From Octopus sinensis (taxonomy: Eukaryota), in NCBI RefSeq assembly GCF_006345805.1, contig NC_043013.1:3782001-3846000 (forward strand): a stretch of 64,000 nucleotides of DNA, read 5' to 3'. Shown here piece by piece: positions 1 through 12,559 of this stretch (position 1 is its first letter; the number at the start of each line of letters is the position of its first letter). A program made the translations under genes and the position numbers. The notes beneath the pieces are model-generated. The model searched no databases. It was not told the DNA's origin and worked only from the letters and a program-made list of their open reading frames with translations.

Positions 1-521
1 AAACAGAGAGACGGACTGGCAGGAAGATGGAGAGACTGATAACGAAATAGCGAAAGTGAAAGCTATAAAGATTGGTGATTACTCACACGAACCCAATGCA
101 TACAAATACGTATTGATAGACAGAGATAGGTAGATAAATAGAAAGTATATTTTGAGCTTAGCCAAAATACCAATAAGCGATAATAAAATCATAGATAATT
201 ACCAGCGAATAGATAGGAAGAACCAGAAAGATAGTCGTATGCTAAATAGGCAAACACTACATAATCACCCACACACACGCACACACGCGCACGCATGTAC
301 ACACACACTCTCTCTCTTTTTCACACACACACACGTACACACATACACAAACAAACACACGTACACACACACGTATACACAGATATCTCTCAAAATTAAA
401 CAGCTACCCGTCATCACACTGTTTTATTTGTGCGGACACCACCTGCTGCTTCCAACTTTCTCATGTATTATTATTATCATTTTTTCCTTCATTACGGATT
501 ACAACTGTTTATAGCAACGAG

Positions 522-840
522 TCATGGCGCGAATATCAGAAGCTAAAAAGAGTCGTCTGATTTTACAAAGCGGACGTTACAGCAGGTCAATCTAGCGTGG
601 GCTTAGCCAGCGCAAGATTACACAAAACCTTGGGATTCCTCTTTGCCACAGTCAACAGAATGATTGTGCAATTCACCAGCAAAGGAAAGGAATCAACAGC
701 ATCCCGCTCAAGGCCGACCTGGGCCCCTCTCACAGATGTCTTTGGGCTGACAAACAGATTGGTGAAAGTAATCCCCGTTGTAAGGCAGCTGATGTTGCCG
801 AGCAACTCCAAATGAGTTGGAGTACTTCTGAGAGGTGTCT
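522..840 (+). mobile_element. Tc1-like transposase N-terminal HTH fragment (degenerate)
   Basis: LHKTLGFLFATVNRMIVQFTSKGKESTASRSRP resembles the Tc1 paired-like HTH ending in a GRP-type motif; truncated by (TA)n. Confidence 0.5.
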
Positions 841-844
841 ATTG

Positions 845-845
<1 letters not shown>

Positions 846-903
<58 letters not shown>

Positions 904-904
904 T

Positions 905-991
<87 letters not shown>

Positions 992-1001
992 ATATATATA
1001 T

Positions 1002-1041
<40 letters not shown>

Positions 1042-1062
1042 GTGTGTATATATATATATATA
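846..1062. repeat. Compound (TA)n/(TG)n microsatellite
   Basis: Read directly; one of dozens of similar arrays (e.g. 6767-6830, 13925-14245, 14610-14910, 42060-42200, 42960-43160, 53895-54010, 59720-59850). Confidence 0.98.
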
Positions 1063-1089
1063 GCAATTTTGAGGAAAGGAATTTATCGA

Positions 1090-1240
1090 TATCACTGATG
1101 CCAGTACTTGACTGATATATTATTTTTATCCACCTTGCCCCCGAAAGAATGAAGAGCAAAGTTGACCTCAGCGGAATTTGAACTCAGAATTTAAGGAGGC
1201 ATAACAAATACCGCAAGCCTTAACTATTCTGCCAACTTAA
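1090..1240 (-). mobile_element. SINE family A remnant
   Basis: GAAAGAATGAAGAGCAAAGTTGACCTCAGCGGAATTTGAACTCAGAA matches the intact family A copies at 2655, 7779 and 37106. Confidence 0.6.
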
Positions 1241-1699
1241 TAAAGCTAATATAATGAAAAAAGTGATATGAAGAAGAATCGATCCGATATGAAAAAAAAC
1301 AACAACATCAATAACGAAAAGAAACCTATCACATTCTAGAAGTAAAAGTGAAACTAGAATATGTCATAACAGTAATAGCAGCTACAAGGCACTAGGAAAA
1401 CGAACGTGTTTGCAGTTGAATAGGCATTTGAATAAAATATTGAAGGATTGTACAGGACCATTGGCCCTTTTACAGCGGAAATCAGATTTATCCACTCAAA
1501 ATCTTATTACTCTTAACTGTGGAAGACAGTTTTATATACCAGTGTATCTTTTGTTGAGGAATGTCATGTTTGAAACCATTTTTCGTTGAGATATAACATT
1601 GAAGGACACATTACCATCGACAGAAACTCAAGCATTCAACGAAACGTGGAACAAACACCTTCTTAACAACAAAGAATGACAATGGATTAGAAGGGAAAA

Positions 1700-2630
1700 G
1701 GAAAATATGTTTATCTTATAGCACAGAAAGCATTGGCCCACCATAGCTAGCAAGGGACTCACAGACACGTGAAGAACTGAAAGTAACTGGGAAGTCCTTG
1801 GGATTAATAGATTCCCCAGTTTCTAACTGAAATATTTAACCAGTTCCCATGGGTATACAGTGGCAGCATTCAATGAAATGGAAAGAAGAACAGAATTAAA
1901 ATCTAATTAGATGCTGGAGGTAGGGGAATGACATTTCCGAAAATGAAAGTATTAGAAACCCCAAAAGGCTATAGACCCTATAACTTGTTTGCCAACAACA
2001 TATAAAGCCCTTCTATCAAAATTGGACACCAAGCTGTTAGGAAGAGACATAGAGGAGGCGTATTAAATAAAACAAAGAACATTAAATTAGACACAAGACA
2101 CCGAAATCAGAGAAGTCGAGCAGAAATAGTCAAATAGGATTAGATGAAACTGATAACGTACAACGCAAAGATATGAAGAAAATTAAGAAAAAAAAGTGGT
2201 GTAAAAGGTCAAACTAATATTAAAAGTGAAGAACTGCTAAGATAACAGGTATAATTTGGTTAGCCGTTTTAGCTATAAACTTTAATTTCAACATGATAAA
2301 CTGGGAGTTAAGTGAATCGAGTAGGCAGAAATACAAGTAAACTAACAACGTTTCGAAGCCACCGCCCCAAGGCTGACATAGATAGAATATACTTATCCTA
2401 CAAAGAAAAGGGATGGGATCCGATTATACACAATGCAAAACATCAGTGGTGGAAAACTAGGTAATAATTAGAATCAAATACATTAGTTAGTAAGGAAGCA
2501 TGAAAAAGCTTCCAACACAAAAGTAAATTAAAAGTGTTTTCTCTATGGAAGGAAACAATGAAATGCACAGTGGAGACTAATTATATCGATGAAAAAGGTT
2601 TAGATAAGAATAAAAACGAAAACCCGAGAG
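1700..2630 (+). mobile_element. Heavily decayed RLE-type (R4/Dong/NeSL-like) non-LTR RT relic
   Basis: Residual frames resemble NPK.YRPITCLPTTYK (about 1960-2010) and PKADIDRIYL..KEKGWG (about 2365-2420), motifs also seen in the elements at 3589 and 50757. Confidence 0.5.
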
Positions 2631-2654
2631 AGGGTGCTAGGTTTTTAGAATGCC

Positions 2655-2889
2655 TATTTCCTTATTACCCTCAAGGGGCTAAACACAGGGGGGACAAACA
2701 AGGACAGACATAGGTATTAATTCGATTACATCAACCCCAGTGCGTAACTGGTACTTAATTTATCGACTCCGAAAGGATGAAAGGCAAAGTCGATCTCGGT
2801 GGAATTTGAACTCACAATGTAACGGCAGCCGAAATACCGCTAAGCATTTCGCCCGACGTGCTAACGTTTCTGCCAGCTCGCCGCCTTAT
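2655..2889 (-). mobile_element. tRNA-derived SINE family A, full length
   Basis: Minus head GGCGGCGAGCTGGCAGAAACGTTAGC...GTTCAAATTCC (A/B-box-like). Flanked by imperfect direct repeats gctaggtttttagaatgcc (2636-2654) and gctaggtatctagaatgcc (2891-2909). Confidence 0.9.
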
Positions 2890-2909
2890 CGCTAGGTATC
2901 TAGAATGCC

Positions 2910-3512
2910 GTCAGCCGCTCACAGCAGGCAGTGCGATCCGTGGTAATTCCTCGTTAGGAGGAATTTCGGTTCAGAGTCAATGGATAAGTTCGAGAAATCT
3001 TTGGCCAGGCAGTGCTACAAGAGGGCACTGCTGACTCGAGAAAAACTCCCTAGACATGGTTCAGCCGGCAGCCGGACGTATATGAGAAGCGTGCAGAAAA
3101 ACTACGAGATAATTCTGTACGCATTCGTCCAGTATCCAAACATTGTAGACTTTTAGATTTATGTCAAACACCCGAACGCATGTAGGGGGGATCTAGCTAT
3201 CAGCTGAGTTCATTGTAAAGATCTTGCCACCCTCCTTTGGCCGGGAAGGACAGGCAGTGCTTATCAGTCTGGTGACCATGGCGAAGAAGTGTCGGGGACG
3301 GGACTGAAAGGGTTGGCCTTCTTAGGCCAAGTGCTCATCAACTTTTTCAAGTTTCACTTGAAAAGGAAATTGATGGTGTAGAGGGAAGTATGGCCTTCCA
3401 GTAGATTCGTGGATGAGGTGGATGAGAGAGGTGAGCATAGTTAGGTAAAGAGACCTACTCTGGTCAAGCACTTTTAGATTGGAGGAAGACTGAATGAGGC
3501 ACATGCATCAAA
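2910..3512 (+). mobile_element. Tx1/L1-like LINE 3' fragment ending in an (ATT)n tail
   Basis: Degenerate LARQCYKRAL...RHGS...ILYAFVQ and LINFFKFHLKRK motifs, shared with 46200, 48061 and 54400; runs into (ATT)n at 3513. Confidence 0.65.
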
Positions 3513-3549
<37 letters not shown>

Positions 3550-3588
3550 TATTATTATTATATTATTATTATTATTATTATATTATAG
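3513..3588. repeat. (ATT)n array shared by two tail-to-tail LINE ends
   Basis: Read directly. Confidence 0.95.
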
Positions 3589-5075
3589 ACGTAGCACAGT
3601 ATCCAATAACGTGAGGTTGTTGATTGAAGATATTGTGTCTACCGGGGGTTTGTACTATTTGTCAAGTTACAACAAGGACCCCAGACAGACAATAGTTTAC
3701 GCAATATGCGTGCAGTTCCAAGTAATGCCGACTTTTGCAATACATCTAGATTGTAGAGTATCCCTAAGGTTTTCAGATGTTTTTTCAGACTGAGGGTGGG
3801 GTATTGAACCTAACGCTCTGATGACACTAGGGATAACCTTTATGTTCGACTCTTGTAACTGCCACATCTTAGCGATCTCAATTCTCAGGTCTCCATATTT
3901 ATCAACTTTTTCTCTTTCTTTCATGATGCTATGTTGATTTCCTGGCACTGCTGCGTCGATTCTTAGGCGTTCTTGTTTGTCCGTCCTAAAGGTTACTCTA
4001 TTCGGCCGTCGGTGCTCTAACGCTGTCTGTCTGGAAATCAAAGTCCCAGAGGATTTTTGCCTTCCCCTTTTCATCCATTACCATTTCCAGTGTGTGTTGG
4101 TACCAAGCACCCTCATATCCATACTTACGGCATAGTAGCCAGTGGAGGTTTTGGGATACTTTGTCGTGTCTATTCTTTTTCACTGAATTAGTATTCAATG
4201 CCTGATCCTGGACAGCGATGATTAGGCTTTCTGTATTCTTTTTTAGTTCACCTTTATTGAGTCACCTCCAAGATGCTTCCTGGTCTTTTAATTTGTTGGT
4301 TTCACGGTGGAACCGACCATGTAATTCCATACGGAGTAGGGTTTCTTCTTTCTCGTTGGCTGTTCGAGATCGGAATTGATGAGTCCTCTCAAGCCCATTT
4401 TTGCTCAATCCTTTGCATTAGCAGCTTATTGTAGCTGGTCTTCTTTGCTGTTTACCAAATATTTTGCCATGTTTCTTCTTTCACAGTTGATGCACTTCCG
4501 TACGCTAATCACTCCACATCCACCCTTACCTCTCTTCATGTAGAACCTGTGTACGTTCGCCTTAGGGTGGAGGTCCCCATGCATTGTCATTGTCTTTCGA
4601 GTAGTGCGATAGAGTTGCTCAATCTCCGCTTGTGTCCATCTCCAGCAACAGCCCATATGTTGATGGCAGACACAAGGTTCCTTTAGTTGAGCTTTGATTT
4701 CAAGAGAAGTTTGAGGCGCCCCAGGATCCCAAAGTACTTGTACCCATCATCATTCGGGTCTTCCATTCTCTCTCTGTTGGGCAAGTCTATGCTCCTACAA
4801 TCTGCTCTTTTCCCTCGTTTCAAAGTGAGCACCTCACACTTCGAGATACCGAATTCCATCCCTGTATCCTTGTTGCACATCTGTAAAGTTTCAACCAGCC
4901 TCTCCGTTTGCGAAATAGTTTTAAATCATACACGAAGAGAAGGTGGTTGAGACGAGGTCCATTCTTTCTCAGCTCATAGTGCGCATTGACTTTGCGTAGA
5001 ACTACAGAAAGTGGGATCAATGGTATAACAAATAACAAGTGAACAAGAGCCACCTTTTTCAGAGAAGTGTTAGAG
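3589..5075 (-). mobile_element. RLE-type (R4/Dong-like) non-LTR retrotransposon, 3' portion, frameshifted
   Basis: LNHLLFVYDLKL (RT YxDD region), HPKANVHRFYMKRGKGG, HDKVSQNLHWLLCRKYG, KILWDFDFQTD, IDAAVP...KEREKVDKYGDL, IKVIPSVIRALG (PD..D endonuclease); ends in (AAT)n on its own strand. Confidence 0.85.
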
Positions 5076-6329
5076 CATTGGACAAAATGTCTTGTGGTAT
5101 TATAGTACAGACTTTTATATTGTAATTATTTGAAATCCCGCTGAGGTCAACTTTGACTTTCATCCTTCCGGGATCGAGAAAGTAGAGCATTAATCAAGTA
5201 CAAGGTTCGATATAATCAACTAACATCTCCTCTAAAACTTTTAACCTATATATAAGAAATTACTAAAATTTTTCCCAGATTGGCAGAATCGCTTGAACGT
5301 AGTATTTAAAAAAAAACAAACCTACCTGACGTTCTGAGTTCAAAACAGGCTATATTTATTTTATAAATCCTTCCAGGGTTTATGAAATGATATGCCAGGG
5401 AAGTACTGGTTTTGATTTAATTGACCGTTCTCTCTAATTAAATATTTTGACCTTGTATCCTCCTAAAAAGTTATCATTATTGCAGTGGATTGGCGGAATG
5501 CTTTTGGGGTATTTGTATCAGTTCTTTATATCCTTAATCAAATCCAGTCGAATCCAGCTTTGCCTTTCATTCTTGACTCAATAAAATAAAGTACCAATCA
5601 GGAACTGGGATCGATGATAGAGACCATTCTCCTGTCCCAATTTACAGGTCCTGTGCTTATGTTAGTAGCTTTCCACATTCAGAATTTCTATACTTACATA
5701 TTTCCTTTTAATCATATATTTGTTTTTGTTGCTCAATATTCTGTAGATGTTCTAGGGCTTTGCGTTGTTGTAGCGAGTGGCTTACTTTGCGTTGTACATG
5801 TAAATTTCATCATTGTGAGGTATGTTTTCAATGCTTTTGATTTCTGATATTTTTAGGGGCTTTGAGAATTTATTTTTAAGTTTTTTTTTTAAATCTTACT
5901 GGATCGAATGTTTTGTTTAGTTCTGCTCATTTTGTCTCTAACTTTTATATAATCTGTAAAATACTCATATAGAACATTAGGTTAGGAAATCCCCTTGGTT
6001 AGAGAAAAATTTGATGGGCTGCCTGTGGCACTCGAATGAAAAACGTCTGTGAACATGAAAGATGTGCTACCATTATACCAAAGCAACACTTCAAATTTTC
6101 TCAATCCGTTTTAAAACCTTTATTATCATTAGCGAGAATTATATGTTCAGTTACATTATAAGATACAACAAATAAAGAAAAAATTTTAATACTTTTTGAA
6201 ACTTCGAGAGGTAGGAAATAATTCGTTTTAATGGTGGATAAATCCCAAAATGATAGCATATAGAAAATTAGATTACAGATGTGCTATCATTACACCAAAA
6301 CATTTCGAATTTTCTTTAACCACCATGAT

Positions 6330-6764
6330 GAGAGCATCAAAAAAAGATATAAAGACATGAAGAAATTCCTTGTTGCTTGTTACGATCATGCACAACAATG
6401 CCCGCCCTCACATCGCCAATATGACAAAGGAAGCCATTCAAACGCATGGTTGGGAAGTGCTGCCACACCCGCCGTACTCTCCTGATTTGGCACCAACGGA
6501 TTTCCACCTCTTTCGATCTCTTTCAAATGCTATGCGCGGAGTTTCGTTCAATACTGATGCAGAGTTGAGAGCTTGGTTGGATCAATTTTTCGAGTCGAAA
6601 TCGGATGATTTCTACCAACGAGGAATTGAAAATCTTGTTGAACGTTGAGAAGAAGTTGTAAACAACAAGAGTGAATACATTATTGATTAATTAGTTGTTA
6701 TTTTTTATTAAACTTTTTGAAAAATTTAAATAAAAAAAAACGGCGGGAACTTAATTGCCAACAC

Positions 6765-6766
<2 letters not shown>
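6330..6766 (+). mobile_element. mariner transposase C-terminal fragment with right TIR
   Basis: HNNARPH...LPHPPYSPDLAPTDFHLFRSL (YSPDLAP.D, DD34D-type); terminal AAAACGGCGGGAACTTAATTGCCAACACAA followed by TA. Confidence 0.85.
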
Positions 6767-6835
<69 letters not shown>

Positions 6836-7116
6836 CACACATACTAGCTGTCCCGCTGCCGTCAAAAATAACGGCTAATTGTAGTATTTCATATATAAAT
6901 AAGGACAAAAGATAGAATATGGATGGTAATTCAAATTAATAACTTGCCAATGTTATCTAGAGGTTGTCATTTGAGATGTGACATCGATCATCGTTTTTAA
7001 CTGAATGAACGCCGGTTCACACATACACACCTATACTCACACAGGGTTGAAGCGCTGTTTGAGTTTTCTTTTCAGCGTTGAATGTTCACCGTCCCACTTC
7101 CATTGCACACATACAG

Positions 7117-7150
<34 letters not shown>

Positions 7151-7155
7151 CACCA

Positions 7156-7204
<49 letters not shown>

Positions 7205-7609
7205 ACACACACAAACACACACAAACATTCACATACCTCCCTTTTACATACACACACATATATTCACGCAGAGTTGAAACGCTGTTTGAGTTTGTTTTTC
7301 ACCGTAGAATTTCCATCATCTCACTACCAGTTTGCCATCATCCCTTCCTTATTCATCTATCTCCCCTTCCTTTCTCATTCATATGTTGTGACGGAGAAAA
7401 ACACAATAGTATTATTATAGTATATATATATGTGTGTGTGCATGTGTGTGAGTGTGTGCGCGCGTATATGCATACACAGTCAGGTATGTATGCACACATG
7501 TGCGCGCGCACACACACACACACGTAGGCACACACACACACACACACACACACCGCGCGCACACACACACACACACACACATACACACCACACACACACA
7601 CACACAGAG

Positions 7610-8016
7610 CAAATTTCGTAGGTGGGGTAAGTCAATTACATCAACACCATTGCTCTGCTGGTACTTATTTTATCGATCTCGAAAAGATGGGAGGTAAAGT
7701 CGATCTCAGCGGAATTTGAAGTCAGAACGTAAAGACGGATGAAATGCCGCTAAGCATTTTGCCCAGCATGCTAACGATTCTTATTTCTTTACTGCCCACA
7801 AGGGGCTAAACATAGAGGAGACAAACAAGGACAGACAAACGGATTAAGTCGATTACATCGACCCCAGTGCATAACTGGTACTTATTTAATCGATCCCGAA
7901 AGGATGAAAGGCAAAGTCGACCTCGGTGGAATTTGAACTCAGAACGTTGCGGCAGACGAAAATACCGCTAAGCATTTCGCCCGGCGCGCTACCGTTTCTG
8001 CCAGCTCACCGCCTTG
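7610..8016 (-). mobile_element. Two tandem SINE family A copies (partial 7610-7778, full 7779-8016)
   Basis: GTCGATTACATCGACCCCAGTGCATAACTGGTACTT...GAAAGGATGAAAGGCAAAGTCGACCTCGG...GAAATACCGCTAAGCATTTCGCCCGGC; the partial copy is more degenerate. Confidence 0.88.
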
Positions 8017-8045
8017 AATATATATATATATATATATATACATAC

Positions 8046-8146
<101 letters not shown>

Positions 8147-8439
8147 CATACATGTTAACACGTGCTTAGCCATCACTCTCAAACAAGTAAACATCCGATG
8201 ACCTGTATTACAATTCCACTAATTGTTTTAGGGGTTAATATAATCCCGAGCAAACCGTGTCGGTCCTCCACCCTTTTAAGCCAGTGGAACATCAAGGATG
8301 AATTAACCGGACGGAAGGAGGGCGGCTACATCGACGCTTGGTTTGGTATTGATTTTTAGCAGAACAGACTGTGAAGGGATGTGGCTTATGATCGTAAGCC
8401 CAACACCCTAACTACTAAGTCACGTGGCTTCACTGCATA

Positions 8440-8830
8440 ACACACACACACACACACACACGTGTGTGCGCGTATGCGTATGTGCACGTGTGTGTATGTG
8501 TGTGCGTGCGCATGTGTGTGTGTGTGTGGTATGTATGTACATGTATGCACATGCAACAATTCCCCTCTACACATTTTATATATACATGTATGTATGTATG
8601 TATGTATGTATATACATATGTGTGTACATACATACGTACGCACACTCACACACGCACACACACATATGTGTATATGTTTGTGTAAAGGAGATTCTCGTGT
8701 GTGTGTGTGTGTGCGTGTGTGGGAGATTGTGTTTACGTTTTATATGTACACACACACACTCACTCACATATATACATATGTATATATATATACATATACA
8801 CACACACTCACACATATATACATATGTATG

Positions 8831-8867
<37 letters not shown>

Positions 8868-8886
8868 TCACACATATATACATATG

Positions 8887-8918
<32 letters not shown>

Positions 8919-8927
8919 CACACACAC

Positions 8928-8964
<37 letters not shown>

Positions 8965-9010
8965 GACACACATATATTATACACACACATACCCACACAA
9001 ACATACACGT
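8440..9010. repeat. Compound CA/TG/TATG microsatellite with an internal higher-order unit of about 50-60 bp
   Basis: cacacactcacacatatatacatatgtata(ta)n recurs about 4 times at 8755-8930. Confidence 0.85.
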
Positions 9011-9405
9011 GACTAATTGGCGCATAAAATGAAAACTTGCAGAAACACATTTGAATAAACCTATAAACAAATTAATGCTACAATAGACGGACATCGAATC
9101 GTTTTCTGGTTAATAACCGTTCACTAACGCTCAATTTTATAGCCATATAATCTAACACACCTGTTGTTAGGACCATCGAGGCGCCGCCTTCTTACTGTAA
9201 CACGTTACTGATCACGCAGAATTTCATACTATAATAATTTGCTATTTCGATCCTGTTTACTACTCTCATCTCTTTTCTCGCATTTTTTTCACTCCTTCCT
9301 CTCCTTTTCACAAATAGCATATCTTTTTCTCTTCATACACATTTACAAGTTTATTGTTATCTCTGTACCTTTTTACCAATTTCCGTTTTACGTATTCTCC
9401 ATAAT

Positions 9406-9446
<41 letters not shown>

Positions 9447-9864
9447 AAGTAGTTTCCTCTACCAGAATGGTATTAATGGCATGCCATTTTGAAAATTGTA
9501 ATCGACGTTCGATGCTGTTATACAAAAAAATATGTCCAGCATTGTTTTTTACGTATTGTAACGGATTCATCGCCCTTAATGGTATACGCGTGTTTCTATG
9601 TTATACGAGTGTTTCTGTATGTATGTATGTATGTATGTATGTATGTATGTATGTATGTATGTATGTATGTATGTATGTATGTCATTATTCAGTTTACTTC
9701 AAGATTTCTTGCCAATAGAGAAAGAACCAGTTTTTAACCTAGATCCAAACTTCCTTCATTGGAATTTCAACATCAACATCAGGGTATGTATGTATGTATG
9801 TATGTATGTATGTATGTATGTATGTATGTATGTATGTATGTATGTATGTATGTATGTATGTATG

Positions 9865-10136
9865 GCCACTGGTGGTGGTGTAACACACCATACTAATCAT
9901 ATCTGTCAGGCATGTGGAAGAGAGTGCAATTCGGCAGGAGGACTTAAACGACATGCGAAGGTACATGAAGCCCAGTTACAACTACAGCCGGCTATTACCG
10001 GTAAAGGTTTTAGCTGCCAATTCTGTACAATACATTGTAGATCTTTAGCTGGGCTAAAAAGTCACATTCGATCACAGCACCAATAACAGTTAAGCTTCGT
10101 GCAATGGCCATACTTGATAACGAGGGGGCAGCCATC
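9865..10136 (+). mobile_element. Probable RTE LINE 3' stub with two C2H2 fingers, flanked by (ATGT)n
   Basis: CQACGRECNSAGGLKRHAKVH and CQFCTIHCRSLAGLKSHIRSQH*, short 3' UTR ending GGGGGCAGCCATC(ATGT)n; resembles RTE C-termini. Confidence 0.65.
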
Positions 10137-10365
10137 ATGTATGTATGTATGTATGTATGTATGTATGTATGTATGTATGTATGTGGGAACAGTTGCTGTG
10201 CAAAGCTTTTCCTCGCTTTAAAAAGTGTCAAGCATAGGTATTGCTGGAGAAGTAAAAGAAATGGACATCTTGTATGTACATGGCTGGCCGAAGCTTAAAA
10301 AGGCACATCTAAACTATGAAAGTTCATATTGATAATGAAGTAAATGGCAAAAAGGGCTCTGGAAC

Positions 10366-11146
10366 ATTTTGTTCAGTGGTCTGGCCCGTCGGGTGTCGCA
10401 GGGCACCATAGCCTGCAACTGTGAGTAAATCGTCATCCTGTAACTGTGAGTAAATTCAAGTTAAGATGCAAGCCTGTGAATACAGGATGCTGAAATGTTC
10501 GAACGTTATTAGACAATGATTGTGTGAAATCTCGTCCAGAGAGAAGATCCGCGCTTGTTGCAAAAGAGTTACAGCGATATGATATGGATGTTGTAGCATT
10601 AGCTGAAACAAGAATTCACGGAAAAGGGAATTTTATAGAAAAATCTGCTGGGTATCGTTTATATCGGAGGGATAGACATGAGACCTATAAGAGAGAATCA
10701 GGAGTGGGATTTGGTATCGAAACCACTCTGGCTTCAAAACTTGAGGAACTACCATATTGTCATTCTAACCGTTTGATGTCTTTAAGATTTCTGTCAAGAA
10801 AAAGTCGCCATGCAACACTCATAAGTGCAACTATGCTCCAACTATGAATTCATCAGAGGATGATAAACTTGCCTTCTATCTAAAATCCGTCAATTGTAAA
10901 TAATGTAAATAATTGCCTTCTATCTATCACTTACAGAGATTTATACGCAATATCCCCCATGATGACAAAGTTGTCATTTTGGTGATTTTAATGCTCGCGT
11001 TGGTGCAGATTGGGAGACTTGGGGTGTCCTAGGAAAGCATGGGGTTGGGACTTCCAACAGTAATGGTTTGCTACTGTTACAAATGTACGTAGAAATGGAT
11101 TTGTGTGTCATGAATACAATGTTTCGACTAAAGAATAAGTATAAAA
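10366..11146 (+). mobile_element. RTE (BovB-like) LINE 5' region, AP-endonuclease, degenerate
   Basis: RPERRSALVAKELQRYDMDVVALAETR...ESGVGF...RLMSLR; [14 protein letters not shown]; [11 protein letters not shown]; truncated at (TATC)n. Confidence 0.88.
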
Positions 11147-11221
11147 ATATATGCACATCTATCTATCTATCTATCTATCTATATATCTTCTATCTATATA
11201 TCTATCTATCTATCTATCTAT

Positions 11222-11254
<33 letters not shown>

Positions 11255-11289
11255 GCACATGCTTACATATACATGTATTGATACATGCA

Positions 11290-11334
<45 letters not shown>

Positions 11335-12092
11335 ATATATATATATATTATATATATATATATATACATATACATACATACACAAGCGCACATATATCGT
11401 ATTGAAACACACCAAATATCAGATAGGTAGATGGGTTCGTTCGAATAGATAAAATACTATCGAACATATTTACTGTATAACGGCGTCGAATGTCGGCTGC
11501 AAATGTCCAAAATGGTCGACTATTGATGAAAATAAGGTTATCACGGCAGCGAACGCAACTGTTTACATGAATAAATATATAAAATAATTTCATTTAGAGA
11601 AAGAGCACGTAAACAGTTTCATTTGTAGATCTATGCACAGTACCAGACAGGGCTGAGTGGAAACGTATACCAGTTCAGGAAATATTTATGAATGTGTTTG
11701 TGCATGTGTGTGCGTGCGTGCATGCGCATATATATGTGATGTCGACACACACACACACACATTTATATGCGTACACACGCGTATATTATCGCCTAAGAAT
11801 CTATCTATGCCATAACAAACATACACTCGTACATTTGTCAATGGAGTGGGTATACTAATCACAATGTACACTATCCTATTTCCCTTATGGGCGATCTTAC
11901 CAATCGATTTCGCGTTGGGTATTAAACGGATGTTAGATAACAGCACGGGTATTTAATACCGTGTGCTCATGAGTTCTAGTAGGTATGGGAAAGAAACATG
12001 GCGACTACGCTTCGTTTTTGCAGGTGAAAAGCCACATTCAGTTTGAGGGTGCTGTGAAAAAGTGGAAACAAGCTGAACAAGGCTTATATCAA

Positions 12093-12134
12093 GATCTATG
12101 AGCCGTAGACCCAAAGGTCTACGGCTCATAGATC
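12093..12134. repeat. Perfect 19-bp inverted repeat with 4-nt loop
   Basis: GATCTATGAGCCGTAGACC-CAAA-GGTCTACGGCTCATAGATC. Confidence 0.95.
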
Positions 12135-12278
12135 CATAATTCTTCTGAAAGTGAGTGCAGGGATTCGGAGTTGATATTTGATATTCGTGTGGGGCTGCAA
12201 TGTATGTAGGAGTATTATATGTATAAAGATTTTGAGGGATGAGGGCGCCGGACAGGTGTTCGAACGCTTAATCCTATA

Positions 12279-12485
12279 TTAAGTTAAGTTAATTTTTTGG
12301 CTCAAAAAGCAAAAAGCAAGGCCATGTAGGGGGACATGGAGTTACGTACAGGGAGGGTGTTCATGCAAAGAGTTCAGGCCATTTCTGGTCAAGAGAGACG
12401 TTGAACCGAGCGGTCGTCGGCATCTTCACTATCTCGTCCGACAGCTTATTCCACGGATCCGCAACCCGGACGGAGAAAGCCCCTA
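12279..12485 (-). mobile_element. CR1-like LINE 3' stub with (TTAAC)n tail
   Basis: Minus AFSVRVADPWNKLSDEIVKMPTTARFNVSLDQKWPELFA* then a short UTR and AATTAACTTAACTTAA. Confidence 0.72.
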
Positions 12486-12559
12486 TTGGGCTTCATATGT
12501 GCCGGTGTGTTCGTGTCTGTACGTTTTGGTTACACTTTTTGCTGGGTTTTCAGGATATA

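Noticed and set aside
6059-6325. Two diverged ~45-bp direct repeats (GATGTGCTA.CATTA.ACCAAA) upstream of the mariner fragment
   Set aside because: No TIR, TSD or structure to interpret; probably decayed repeat debris.
9900-10086. Host C2H2 zinc-finger gene
   Set aside because: No splice signals or upstream coding context; bounded by (ATGT)n and followed by a LINE-like 3' terminus.
11895-11975. Minus-strand hammerhead (CTCATGA...GCGAAATCGATT)
   Set aside because: Essential G5 is absent and no stem I can be formed.
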